From the IMG/VR virus record IMGVR_UViG_3300028864_000014, positions 171,319 to 235,318 of that record: a DNA stretch of 64,000 nucleotides; one strand, given 5' to 3'. This document shows, piece by piece, positions 37,701 through 51,124 of this stretch. The notes under the pieces were generated by a model, which was given only the letters and a program-made list of their open reading frames with translations, did no database searches and was not told the DNA's origin. Numbering within the stretch: the stretch's first letter is position 1; each line of letters begins with the position of its first letter. The translations under genes were made by a program, and so were the position numbers.

Positions 37701-38770
37701 TTTTTTCCTTCAACAGTTAAATATTGAGCACCATCAGATGGAGCATAATTAGTTGGAATTCCAACTACATTAGTTGCTGATATATTTGTTATTTTTGATC
37801 CATCTCCACTCATTGTACCACCACTTACAACTAAATTACAATCTACTATTACATATCCAGTACTATTAATAGGTTTTATTGCTTCATAATCTGCATGTCT
37901 TATTGACTTTAATGCATCGCCAACATTATCTATTGTTATATTTGGATTGACACTTATCATATAAGACGTCATTGTTTCAAAATCAGAATTTAAAGGTACT
38001 CTCCAACCATCTGGATTATTTTGTATTAATGTGTTAGCTGCAAATAAGCAATATATTCTACCGTATATAACATTTATATCATTTTGAGTATATCCACTAG
38101 GCATGGTAAAAGGTAAATTAAATATTGCATAATCTTCTATAATATTTTCAATTGGATATTCAGCATAAGCAGGATATTGAGTACTAGTATTATACCACCA
38201 ATCATGATCATCCAAAGTTACTAATGAAGTTGTTGCAGATGATGCATAATCATATCCATTTATAACTCTTAAATTTTCTCTAGTCCAAATTTGAGTACCA
38301 ATTTTAACACAACTATATACATTTCCGTCTATATCTGTGAATCCAGATGAAATTATTTCTCCATCAGATAATAATGTTTCACCTGAAGTCGCTTCACGAG
38401 TTAGTCTTATTGAAAATCCATTATATCCAGACCATTCATTATATGAAATAGTAGATAATTGATTATCTAAAAGTGCAGCATAAAATTTAGTAGATGTACT
38501 ACCTGGTGTTGAAGTTCCAAAATAAGTTGAAAATCCGTTATTAAAATAAACTCCTTGGTTTCCTCTAATACCTGCTGTTACAGCGTCAAAATTATAATAA
38601 TCTTTTCCATATATATTATAATCCCCACTATACCACCAAAGAGGAAATTCAGTTGTAGTTCCAATAGTTGGTGGTACTTTTTCCCAATAACTTGCAGAAC
38701 TACTTCCAGTTAATCCGCTTTCAAATCCTCTAACCCATTCCTGACTAGCTAAATATATTATTTCACTCAT
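34763..38770 (-). CDS. large mosaic fibre/adhesin: LASxEWV tag, Fib_succ_major (FISUMP)-like region, three repeated beta-helix modules
   Basis: YLASQEWV; FTDIDGNVYSCVKIGTQIWTRENL..YGRIY..GWRVP; AP(S/T)xGxQYLTV..NGxELQxVY..IIIYPGYY x3; FINCxAG repeats. Confidence 0.8.
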   Translation of the reverse strand: MSEIIYLASQEWVRGFESGLTGSSSASYWEKVPPTIGTTTEFPLWWYSGDYNIYGKDYYNFDAVTAGIRGNQGVYFNNGFSTYFGTSTPGSTSTKFYAALLDNQLSTISYNEWSGYNGFSIRLTREATSGETLLSDGEIISSGFTDIDGNVYSCVKIGTQIWTRENLRVINGYDYASSATTSLVTLDDHDWWYNTSTQYPAYAEYPIENIIEDYAIFNLPFTMPSGYTQNDINVIYGRIYCLFAANTLIQNNPDGWRVPLNSDFETMTSYMISVNPNITIDNVGDALKSIRHADYEAIKPINSTGYVIVDCNLVVSGGTMSGDGSKITNISATNVVGIPTNYAPSDGAQYLTVEGKNVDSGINGEELQTVYDLAKSINPSSNNPINIIIYPGYYGMSNGLSLDTPYINLISATGELDVKIEFAGAIVISDNIKLTGIFFGGSGLKLTGNFPGLWIENCSGMIDGGNILTYPDTNLSGTFKDINLVNGNGFGYIQEASGYFENIYHKGGNLFYDTKIISGIFKNCNAANGFGVGGAVISSGATFENCTCDDAGFGGGGGCIISSGTTFINCNSGDNSFGNSGIEVSGTFINCNAGNSSFGAHCMTSGTFVNCTAKGNTGSFGDSKQGGTLTGSLYNCRLTTPGTFGLPSSGGTILLCIDGYGAVIGAGDFAPSDGNQYLTVKGISSDPGTNGAELQNVYNIAKALNPTIISPINIIIYPGYYGMTSLISLDTPYINLISSTGELDIEIGYSGILIITDNIKLIGINFTGMGLEIRGNFPGLRIENCSGQIKGSTIDNSTILSGTFKNLKLTNNTFGSGVSDFPGHFENITSDGALFNGENGDLSGRFINCTAETGFSSTSLSGTFINCNSGDFSFGTNEVGANVSGTFINCTAGNTSFGIDGIASGTFINCTAKSKSFGDSTRGGALTGSLYNCRLTTPGTFEIPSSGGTIILCIDGYGKIIGGGDFAPTIGTQFLTVKGGNSNPGINGNELQNVYNIAKAIVPAPDSPVNIIIYPGYYSFLTDSLNLDTQNINLVSSTGNIDVNIGGSGVIITNNKIKINGINFIDGGLKLTGNFPELYIENCSGQIQADTTNGDVTASGTFKNINITMGSGFSGIFNCSGIFKNIFSSNNLPLFSSSIDTLSGTFTDVNSVLIFQVNNLTGTFLNCKGNNGSFNGICSGTFTNCEGLSSSFTTINGGTYNNCVGQFVEISGGKLYYCKKNDGSYPTPINGGEIHLCIDGNGITVDSSIIPQSLSLSKIGANSTPSPQRFQWITDKTISRVLLTTNCSGVTVSISDITYDEITLVGVTLPALTDLVILDIAIQTGYDNANAIIIF

Positions 38771-38812
38771 AATTAATATTTTTTTTTATTTTCTTTATTT
38801 TTGAATATAAAT

Positions 38813-39172
38813 TTATTCAGTAACATAAGGAAATTCAAGATCTATTTTATTTATTTCAGAAAGCCATAAATCTTTTGATTGATTAGCTTTATCTATATTA
38901 TTAAGAGCCAGATATTTTTGATATGCCATATAATATGAATCACTTCTATCTTTATACGCCATACTTCTTTTAAATTTTATCTCATCATTATTATCAATGT
39001 GAGTTGGCATTCCAACAAAAACATTTAAATCATCTTCATAAACAGTTGTTGTTCCTGTTACATATATAACTTCTTTATATCCGTTTTCAATTGAATATGT
39101 TGTTGAATCTCCTAACAGCCAATTTGGTTGTGTAAAAAATTCTATTTTTCCTTCTATTAATTTTGCTTTCAT
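38813..39172 (-). CDS. tail-fibre assembly/chaperone-like protein
   Basis: RSMAYKDRSDSYY...WLSEINKIDLEFPY; position between fibre genes. Confidence 0.55.
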   Translation of the reverse strand: MKAKLIEGKIEFFTQPNWLLGDSTTYSIENGYKEVIYVTGTTTVYEDDLNVFVGMPTHIDNNDEIKFKRSMAYKDRSDSYYMAYQKYLALNNIDKANQSKDLWLSEINKIDLEFPYVTE

Positions 39173-39192
39173 ATTATCAATTAATTTTTATA

Positions 39193-39936
39193 TTATATTC
39201 CAAATCTGGATCTTATAGCAGTAAAATTATTCATAATTTCACTATCATTTAATGCTCTATTATATCTTCTTTGAGTTGCAATATACCCAGAAAAATGCTC
39301 TTGCATTGAATTGTATGCTCCAACATAATGTCCAGATGTATCTGAAAATGGTGTTGCTGGATTATATGGAACAGAATTTGAATTTACTAATTCACCATTT
39401 ATATAAATTCTGAATCCAGTATCACTTAATACTGCTGCTACATATGTCCAGGTATTTAAATATATATGACCACCAGACATCTCTCCATTATTTGTACAAT
39501 AAATCCATAAACTTCCATTATTCTGTACTCTGAATCTATATTGATATCCAAACCCTTTTGAACATATTTGTCTATTATCATTTAAATTATCACAATAAAT
39601 AACAGAATCTAATGTTATGTTGGTATTTAATGAACTAAAATCTGGTGAGACACCAACACCCATTCCTTGTGTTCCGTCAAACCTCATGCTACCTCCTCCT
39701 ATTGTTTGAAATTCATTTCCAGTATTTAGATACGCATTATTTTCTCTTCCTGTTAAATCATACCAAATATTTCCAGATTTAGGATAAGATGCTAGATTTC
39801 CTGCATCCAAATCTAAAACTGTTATTCCAGTTGTAGTGATACCAGTTATAATATCTGCTGATGCCCATAAATTATCTACACCTTTAAATGGTATAATTTC
39901 TTCTGGGTTAAATAATTCTCCGCTATAATATTTCAT
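39193..39936 (-). CDS. LamG/concanavalin A-like jelly-roll virion protein
   Basis: LDLDAGNLASYPKSGNIWYDLTG, WTYVAAV, RIYINGELV, RYNRAL, RSRFGI. Confidence 0.85.
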   Translation of the reverse strand: MKYYSGELFNPEEIIPFKGVDNLWASADIITGITTTGITVLDLDAGNLASYPKSGNIWYDLTGRENNAYLNTGNEFQTIGGGSMRFDGTQGMGVGVSPDFSSLNTNITLDSVIYCDNLNDNRQICSKGFGYQYRFRVQNNGSLWIYCTNNGEMSGGHIYLNTWTYVAAVLSDTGFRIYINGELVNSNSVPYNPATPFSDTSGHYVGAYNSMQEHFSGYIATQRRYNRALNDSEIMNNFTAIRSRFGI

Positions 39937-39937
39937 A

Positions 39938-40354
39938 TTAAATGTTTTTAATTGCTACTGCATAAATTTCAAAAGCAGTTTCTGTAAATACCTGTTCATA
40001 AACAATTGTCCAAGTAGAATTGATTCCTAAAATAGGAATATTTCCACGCCAAACAACTCCAGTCGGTTGATAAATTGTAGGTACTGAGCTTCCTGTTTTG
40101 AATATTAAAATTGATTCATTAACTAACCCATTTGCTGGAGTAGGAAGAATAACAGTTATTGTGTTTCCACTCGATATTGTTCCAATATATGTTTCAGTCC
40201 AATTATCTAAATTTAAATTTCCAGTAGGAGAATTTATTTTTTTATATTTATATACAGTATTGATTGTGACTCCACTACCAATTGCAACAGTTAATCCACT
40301 GAAAATATCACTAACCCATTCTTCACTTGCTAAATGTATTATATCTGAAGCCAT
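39938..40354 (-). CDS. short fibre-associated protein with LASEEWV tag
   Basis: IHLASEEWV; GVVWRGNIP..WTIVY. Confidence 0.7.
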   Translation of the reverse strand: MASDIIHLASEEWVSDIFSGLTVAIGSGVTINTVYKYKKINSPTGNLNLDNWTETYIGTISSGNTITVILPTPANGLVNESILIFKTGSSVPTIYQPTGVVWRGNIPILGINSTWTIVYEQVFTETAFEIYAVAIKNI

Positions 40355-40357
40355 AGA

Positions 40358-40687
40358 TTAAAATGTTATTTTATTTATAACGCCATTCATCATATAATTT
40401 ATAAATCCAGTTACTGTATCACCTTCGATCGTTACTGCAGATGCGATAAATTTATACACATCAGTTGGATTTACTAATGCTGGTTTTTTCAAATTATATG
40501 CTAATATTGCTTTGCTTACATCAGAAGGATTTGCAGTGTTTCCAGATGCGATTAATGCTAATATATCATTTTTAGCTGCAGTATCTCCAGAATTTGTACT
40601 TGATAATATTTTTTTCTGATCTTCTGTTGGAAATACTCGATCTTTTGGCATCCAAACTCCTTCACTTAGGGATATTAAATTTGTCAT
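40358..40687 (-). CDS. hypothetical late protein
   Basis: 109 aa; TTTATATATA upstream (40718-27). Confidence 0.7.
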   Translation of the reverse strand: MTNLISLSEGVWMPKDRVFPTEDQKKILSSTNSGDTAAKNDILALIASGNTANPSDVSKAILAYNLKKPALVNPTDVYKFIASAVTIEGDTVTGFINYMMNGVINKITF

Positions 40688-40763
40688 TTTTGTTATATTT
40701 TTTTTTGTTTATAATAGTATATATAAAAAACTCAAAGCAAAATAAGTCTATAATGATAAAAAA

Positions 40764-40793
40764 AAACTCAATTAACTATTATTAACTGAGTTT
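40764..40793 (-). terminator. ACTCAGTTAA-class palindrome (copy 1)
   Basis: Single mismatch is G-U only in minus-strand RNA, matching gene direction. Confidence 0.75.
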
Positions 40794-40811
40794 CTTATCT
40801 ATTTTTATATT

Positions 40812-43469
40812 TTATAAATTTGCATCTACAATAACCATTTTATCATAAATTAATTTTTGCTCTCCGTTTGAATTAACAAATAATTCTTTTGTGTAAGTAT
40901 TATAAATATACGTTGATGATGTTAAATCTAAATTAAAATAATTAAAATTGTCACATACAGTATTCATATTAAAATTACTACCAATTATAATATTTTGAAA
41001 ACTACTACCAATTGTGTTATTATTAAAACTATCACCAATAGTATTCTCAGAAAAATTACTACCAACAATATTATTCTTAAAATCTTCTCCAACTGTATTA
41101 GATTGAGAATAATTATTAATAGTATTATTTTTAAAATTATTTCCTACTGTAAATTCACAGCCACTACCGAATGTATTATATTGAAAATTGTCTAATGTTG
41201 TTAAATTACATTGACTTCCAATTGTATTATTTTGAAAATTACTACCGATTGTAAAATTGCATTGTCCAACAAATGTATTATTATAACAATTATCAGAAAT
41301 AGAACCGTTAATCTGACTACCAAAATTATTATTTGAAAATTGACTTCCTATTGTCAAATTACATTGATTTCCAAATACATTATCATAACAATTATCTCCA
41401 ATTGACAAATTACATTGACTACCAAATATATTATTAGAAAATCCTGATCCTCCTAATGACAAATTACATGAACTATTAAAAATATTATTGGAATAATTAT
41501 CACCTAGATTACATTTAGCCTGACTACCAAATGTATTATAACTAAAATAATTACCTAAAATACTATCTACAATAATTCCACCAAATATATTATACTGACA
41601 ATAATTTCCAATTTTGTTACGCACAAAATTGTTTTCAATTGTATTATTCCAAAAATCAGTACCAATTGTATCAAATTGACAATAATTTTTAAATGTATTA
41701 TATTTACTATTATTGCCTATATTAATCGTATTACATTGAATACCAAATATATTACCTTGTCCATTTAATATAGTAATATTTGAAGAGTTGCTTCCAATTG
41801 AATTATTAAAGCAACTACCAGAAAATATATTAAAGCTACATTGATATTCAATAACATTATTACTACAATTACCATCAAATGTATTATTCATACTATAACT
41901 TTCAATCGTATTATTAACATTATTAATACCAAATGTGTTACGAGAACATGAGTTTTTAATGATATTACTATTATTACCATTTCCAAATATATTATTACTG
42001 CACATGTTGCCTATTATATTATCATGAAAACTATTTCCTATTGTATTATATTGACAATCATGATCAATAATATTATCTTTACTATCATTACCAATTATAT
42101 TATAACTAAACTGGTGATTAATATTATTTTGATAAAAAGTAGTTCCAATTGTATTATTATAAAATGAATCTCCAATTGTATTATTATTAAAATTAGTATC
42201 TGTGGTATTATTACGATACTCATTTTTTATATTATTATATTGAAAATAATCTCTGTTTTTATTACTACCAAAATTATTTCCAATTATATTATCTGAAAAA
42301 TAGCTTTTGATATTATTATCTCCAAAATAATTTCCAGTTGTATTTGATACAAAATAATATCCAATACTATTATTTTGAAAACTTTTTCCAATATTATTAA
42401 AAATAAAATTATAGCTAATACTATTCTGATTGAAACTATTTTCTATTGTATTATTTTGAAAATCCATACCAATATTATTATTATAATATTGATTTATAAT
42501 ATTATTAAAAATAAAATTATTTCCAATAATATTATCAAAAATATAATCACCAATATTATTATTTTGAAAAAAATCACCAACACTATTATTATTAAAATAA
42601 TTTCCAATTATATTATTTTGAAAATAACCACCTATGCTATTATTAATAAAATTATTTCCAATAATTTTATTATATTGAAAATAACTTCCAAAAATTATAG
42701 TATTTTTATTGCTTATAATATCACCATTATTGGTATTACTATTATGTTGTTCTATCTTATTAGAATGAGAATAATTATAATTATTAATATCAGACCACAT
42801 ATTATAGTCAGTGTAACCTGTACTACATGAAATGTTTGAATTCCCAATGCTCCATACATTTTCAGTTGGACTCACATAAGACAAGTTATTCCATTTAAAT
42901 TGATTCCAATTATATGAAAAATTATTATCTCCAATAGTATTATTATATAAACAAATATAAATTGATCCATTGTATAAAACAACATCATTTTTTTGATATG
43001 TTGTTCCTGAATTCCAAACATTATTTACAATTATCTGCCATCTTCTAAATTTAACTTGTCTAAAATCAAATGATATATCATTATCTTGAATCGTATCTAT
43101 TCTTCTATAAATATATCCATATTGACAGCCAGGTACCATATTAGAATCATTTCTATAATTATAATATATTATATCCTGAGGATATAAACTTGAATGAGCC
43201 TCAACATTTAATGTATTAAAACTACTTGATATTACCAATAACGGTTCATTTATACCGTAATTAATATCACTTGTGTTTGTTATCTGATGTACTGTTTGAT
43301 AATCAGTAATCAAATATGCTTGGTTAGGAATTAAACTATTCGAGTTAATTAAATTTAGTAAATCATTATAAGTTAAATCTATAACTGATGTTCCGCCAGA
43401 ACCTCCACCTGTGGATCCAGTCAATTGACTATTAACCCACTCTTCACTAGCTAATTGAATATTTATCAT
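40812..43469 (-). CDS. Family F beta-solenoid fibre/adhesin (F5, 885 aa)
   Basis: MINIQLASEEWV; [43 protein letters not shown]; dozens of 9-11 aa NxIGxxF repeats; YTKELFV..YDKMVIVDANL. Confidence 0.8.
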   Translation of the reverse strand: MINIQLASEEWVNSQLTGSTGGGSGGTSVIDLTYNDLLNLINSNSLIPNQAYLITDYQTVHQITNTSDINYGINEPLLVISSSFNTLNVEAHSSLYPQDIIYYNYRNDSNMVPGCQYGYIYRRIDTIQDNDISFDFRQVKFRRWQIIVNNVWNSGTTYQKNDVVLYNGSIYICLYNNTIGDNNFSYNWNQFKWNNLSYVSPTENVWSIGNSNISCSTGYTDYNMWSDINNYNYSHSNKIEQHNSNTNNGDIISNKNTIIFGSYFQYNKIIGNNFINNSIGGYFQNNIIGNYFNNNSVGDFFQNNNIGDYIFDNIIGNNFIFNNIINQYYNNNIGMDFQNNTIENSFNQNSISYNFIFNNIGKSFQNNSIGYYFVSNTTGNYFGDNNIKSYFSDNIIGNNFGSNKNRDYFQYNNIKNEYRNNTTDTNFNNNTIGDSFYNNTIGTTFYQNNINHQFSYNIIGNDSKDNIIDHDCQYNTIGNSFHDNIIGNMCSNNIFGNGNNSNIIKNSCSRNTFGINNVNNTIESYSMNNTFDGNCSNNVIEYQCSFNIFSGSCFNNSIGSNSSNITILNGQGNIFGIQCNTINIGNNSKYNTFKNYCQFDTIGTDFWNNTIENNFVRNKIGNYCQYNIFGGIIVDSILGNYFSYNTFGSQAKCNLGDNYSNNIFNSSCNLSLGGSGFSNNIFGSQCNLSIGDNCYDNVFGNQCNLTIGSQFSNNNFGSQINGSISDNCYNNTFVGQCNFTIGSNFQNNTIGSQCNLTTLDNFQYNTFGSGCEFTVGNNFKNNTINNYSQSNTVGEDFKNNIVGSNFSENTIGDSFNNNTIGSSFQNIIIGSNFNMNTVCDNFNYFNLDLTSSTYIYNTYTKELFVNSNGEQKLIYDKMVIVDANL

Positions 43470-43594
43470 ATATTAAAAAATTATTTATTCTATATATTAA
43501 AAATTAGAAATAAAAATAATTTTTTAAGAAGATTTAACTATTGATAATTGTCAATTTTTTAAAAGGAGTTTATGGTATAAATATATATACTTAT

Positions 43595-43897
43595 ATGAAT
43601 GGAATATATAAAAACCCAAGAGTAGGGGTCAATCAGTATGGTAACAATGTTGCTCCTATTAAACAGACAGATGAATTTAATTATTTAATTAATCTAAATG
43701 TAAATAGCATTATAAATTTTGATAACGGTACTGATGAGTTGAAAGATAGCGGAGAAATAATACTTCCTAGAAAATATCATATATTTGTAGGTACTAAGGA
43801 CGATGAATTGAAATTTAAACCTTATGAATATGATCAATATAGAATTGTAGTTACCACTTATAAAGATATTATAATTAGTATAGATTCATTAGGATAA
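43595..43897 (+). CDS. hypothetical protein
   Basis: track ORF 43541 (TTG); ATG 43595 after TATATATA preferred; start uncertain. Confidence 0.6.
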   Translation: MNGIYKNPRVGVNQYGNNVAPIKQTDEFNYLINLNVNSIINFDNGTDELKDSGEIILPRKYHIFVGTKDDELKFKPYEYDQYRIVVTTYKDIIISIDSLG

Positions 43898-43974
43898 TTT
43901 TAAATTGTTTTACAAAAAAATGGTATGCATTATATCCCTATAAAAGGTATTTATTGCATACCATTTTATAATTA

Positions 43975-44235
43975 TTATAATTTAAAACTTTCATCATCAT
44001 CAAAATCAAATTCATCACATGGTTCATCATCAAATAAATCCAAATTAAAATCCAAATTATCTAACTTAATTTTATTAGGTAGATTAAGTGGTATAGTTGT
44101 AGATGCTGAATTAATAATAACAGAATTTGAATTATTTATTTCTTCAAGTTTTCTTCTACGAATATATTGTTCAAGATCCTTTACATCAATTGAATTCAAT
44201 ATATCATCTATGTCAATGTTTACATTTAAGTTCAT
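43975..44235 (-). CDS. DIKDIEK-subfamily protein with RKxKL motif and acidic tail
   Basis: LNSIDVKDLEQYIRRRKLEEI...DDEPCDEFDFDDDE. Confidence 0.75.
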   Translation of the reverse strand: MNLNVNIDIDDILNSIDVKDLEQYIRRRKLEEINNSNSVIINSASTTIPLNLPNKIKLDNLDFNLDLFDDEPCDEFDFDDDESFKL

Positions 44236-44239
44236 TTTA

Positions 44240-44458
44240 TTATATATTAACGTATGTGTTTTGATATGAGTTTAAAGGAAAATCTATATTATAATCATCT
44301 GTACAAAATATAGGGTTTAATTCAAGTGGAGGTAGTTCAGTAGGATTTAAACAGTTTTCTAATTTTTTATTGCGAAGATACCTTTCAATAAGTCTTGGAT
44401 CAATTGAATTAAGTACCTGATCAACGTCTTCTAAATCAATTTCAAATTTTAATTTCAT
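44240..44458 (-). CDS. DIKDIEK-subfamily protein with RKxKL motif
   Basis: LNSIDPRLIERYLRNKKLENC. Confidence 0.75.
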   Translation of the reverse strand: MKLKFEIDLEDVDQVLNSIDPRLIERYLRNKKLENCLNPTELPPLELNPIFCTDDYNIDFPLNSYQNTYVNI

Positions 44459-44483
44459 GTTTTTTAGTTTTAATAAATGCCTA

Positions 44484-44557
44484 AAAAGCTATCACTTTTA
44501 CATGATAGCTTTTGTCCCTGGCGAGGAAGTCACATGATTATCGAGGTTTCATGTAAC
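44484..44557 (-). ncRNA. two-hairpin intergenic element (terminator plus upstream stem)
   Basis: 9-bp stem 44529-57 with G-U on minus strand; 11-bp stem 44484-513. Confidence 0.4.
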
Positions 44558-44568
44558 CGTGAATATTT

Positions 44569-44784
44569 TTAATTAGATACGCAAGATCTTAAATTGTTCT
44601 CTTTAATATCATCAATTGAATTTTGATAATCTTTTAATTTATAATCAAATTCATTATACAATTCTCTGAGATGATCATCTTCTATATTATCTCTTTTCAA
44701 AACATTAAATGCTTTTCCAATTCCATCTCTGGCTTCAGTTAATAACTTAATCTCTTTCTCTAATAATTCAATTGTTTTTGTCAT
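44569..44784 (-). CDS. small coiled-coil protein
   Basis: 71 aa heptad pattern. Confidence 0.7.
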   Translation of the reverse strand: MTKTIELLEKEIKLLTEARDGIGKAFNVLKRDNIEDDHLRELYNEFDYKLKDYQNSIDDIKENNLRSCVSN

Positions 44785-44838
44785 ATTTATTATATGAGAT
44801 GTTTATAAAAAAGTTTTTCAATTATTAGTTAATAATAT

Positions 44839-45342
<504 letters not shown>

Positions 45343-45466
45343 TCACAACCACTTCTCTTCAACTAATTTTTTAATATGATTTAAAAATTAAACACAGAAA
45401 ACGAACTATGCTCAAAATATTGTATGATTATATTATAAAAAAGTTTATTAATCAGATTTATTTTTG

Positions 45467-45474
45467 TATCTTTG
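45467..45474 (+). promoter_or_regulatory. -7 element of Bacteroidota-type promoter driving the Family X array
   Basis: TATCTTTG 18 nt before ATG 45493. Confidence 0.65.
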
Positions 45475-45492
45475 TAAATTAAATATTATCAT

Positions 45493-46266
<774 letters not shown>

Positions 46267-46267
<1 letters not shown>

Positions 46268-46677
46268 TGACAAAAGAAGAATTAAGTGATTTTATATTGG
46301 AGACATTAAAAAAATGCTATAAAGTTAAACATGAGGATTATCCAAGTATAATTTTTTGGATATATGATGAACAATTCATTAGAAAAATTAAATTAGGCAA
46401 AATAAATAATCAAGACATAAAAATTACAAATGAAATTAACGGAACTTGTATATTTCAACAAGATTTTAAAAAATTAAAATTTCGTTGTAATGATGATATT
46501 TGGACTTTTTTATTCAGATACTATTCCGATGATTACTATGATAATCAGAAATTCATGAAAGATATACTAAAAAATATTACTAATTTAAATATGTATTTAC
46601 CAACAATGAATTCATCAACAGCTAATATATCATTGAAAAATTACAAGAAAATAAGTTTATATTTAAATGATGTATAA
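46267..46677 (+). CDS. Family X paralog, array 3/13
   Basis: same motif set. Confidence 0.85.
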
Positions 46678-47065
46678 AAAAGATTTATATGATTGGTTCT
46701 GGAATAAATATAATTCCTGCTATCAAGTTAAAGTAGAATTATATCCAGATAGTGTATTCTTAGTTTATGACGAAAAATATATAAGAAAACTTAAATTGTT
46801 TAAATTAAATAATACAGAAGAGTTAATTTCAATTAATAATGTTGAAGGAACATTTTTATTTAATCAGGATAATAAATTTAGAATTTTATGGCTGAGTGAA
46901 GAATTGTGGAAGTTCTTTGAAAAAAACTATTCATATGACTACTATGATATTCAAAAACTAATAAAAAAACTACTAAAAGATCATCCAATTTTATTCGATT
47001 ATAATCCTTTACCTGGTATGATTAAAAATATATATGAAAATAGTATTATAAAATCAAGATTATAA
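46667..47065 (+). CDS. Family X paralog, array 4/13
   Basis: same motif set. Confidence 0.85.
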   Translation: MMYKKDLYDWFWNKYNSCYQVKVELYPDSVFLVYDEKYIRKLKLFKLNNTEELISINNVEGTFLFNQDNKFRILWLSEELWKFFEKNYSYDYYDIQKLIKKLLKDHPILFDYNPLPGMIKNIYENSIIKSRL

Positions 47066-47985
<920 letters not shown>

Positions 47986-47989
47986 TAAT

Positions 47990-50626
<2,637 letters not shown>

Positions 50627-50634
<8 letters not shown>

Positions 50635-51091
50635 AGAAGAATTATCAAATTGGTTGATTAGCAAAATTTTATATTGCTATCCAGTAGTAGATAAAGAATG
50701 GAATGATTACGTTTTTTATTTCTATGACGAACAATATATTAGAAAACTTAAATTGTTTAAGTTATATAATATAAAAATAACATCGCCAAATCAAGTTAAT
50801 GGAATATGCTTATTTAGTTTAAATATTAAATATAAAATTATTTACTTTCATTATGAATATGTTTGGAAATTCTTTGAAAATAATTATATAAATAATTATA
50901 TACAAATTGAAAAATTTATAACTGAAATTATAAATGATTATAAACAACTAAATAAGTATTCACCAAAAAAAAATTCACAAGGATTTAGATATCCTGAACT
51001 AATAAGAAGTAAGAAAAATTTAGAAATTAGAGAAGCTGATTGGTCATCTCTACTTCCAAGTTCATATAAAAAATTAATAGTATTGAAATAA
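50627..51091 (+). CDS. Family X paralog, array 13/13
   Basis: same motif set. Confidence 0.85.
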
Positions 51092-51121
51092 AAAAACTCA
51101 GTTAAATTAACTGAGTTTTTT
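51091..51121. terminator. ACTCAGTTAA-class palindrome (copy 2), bidirectional
   Basis: AAAAAACTCAGTTAA-a-TTAACTGAGTTTTTT between convergent genes. Confidence 0.85.
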
Positions 51122-51124
51122 ATT

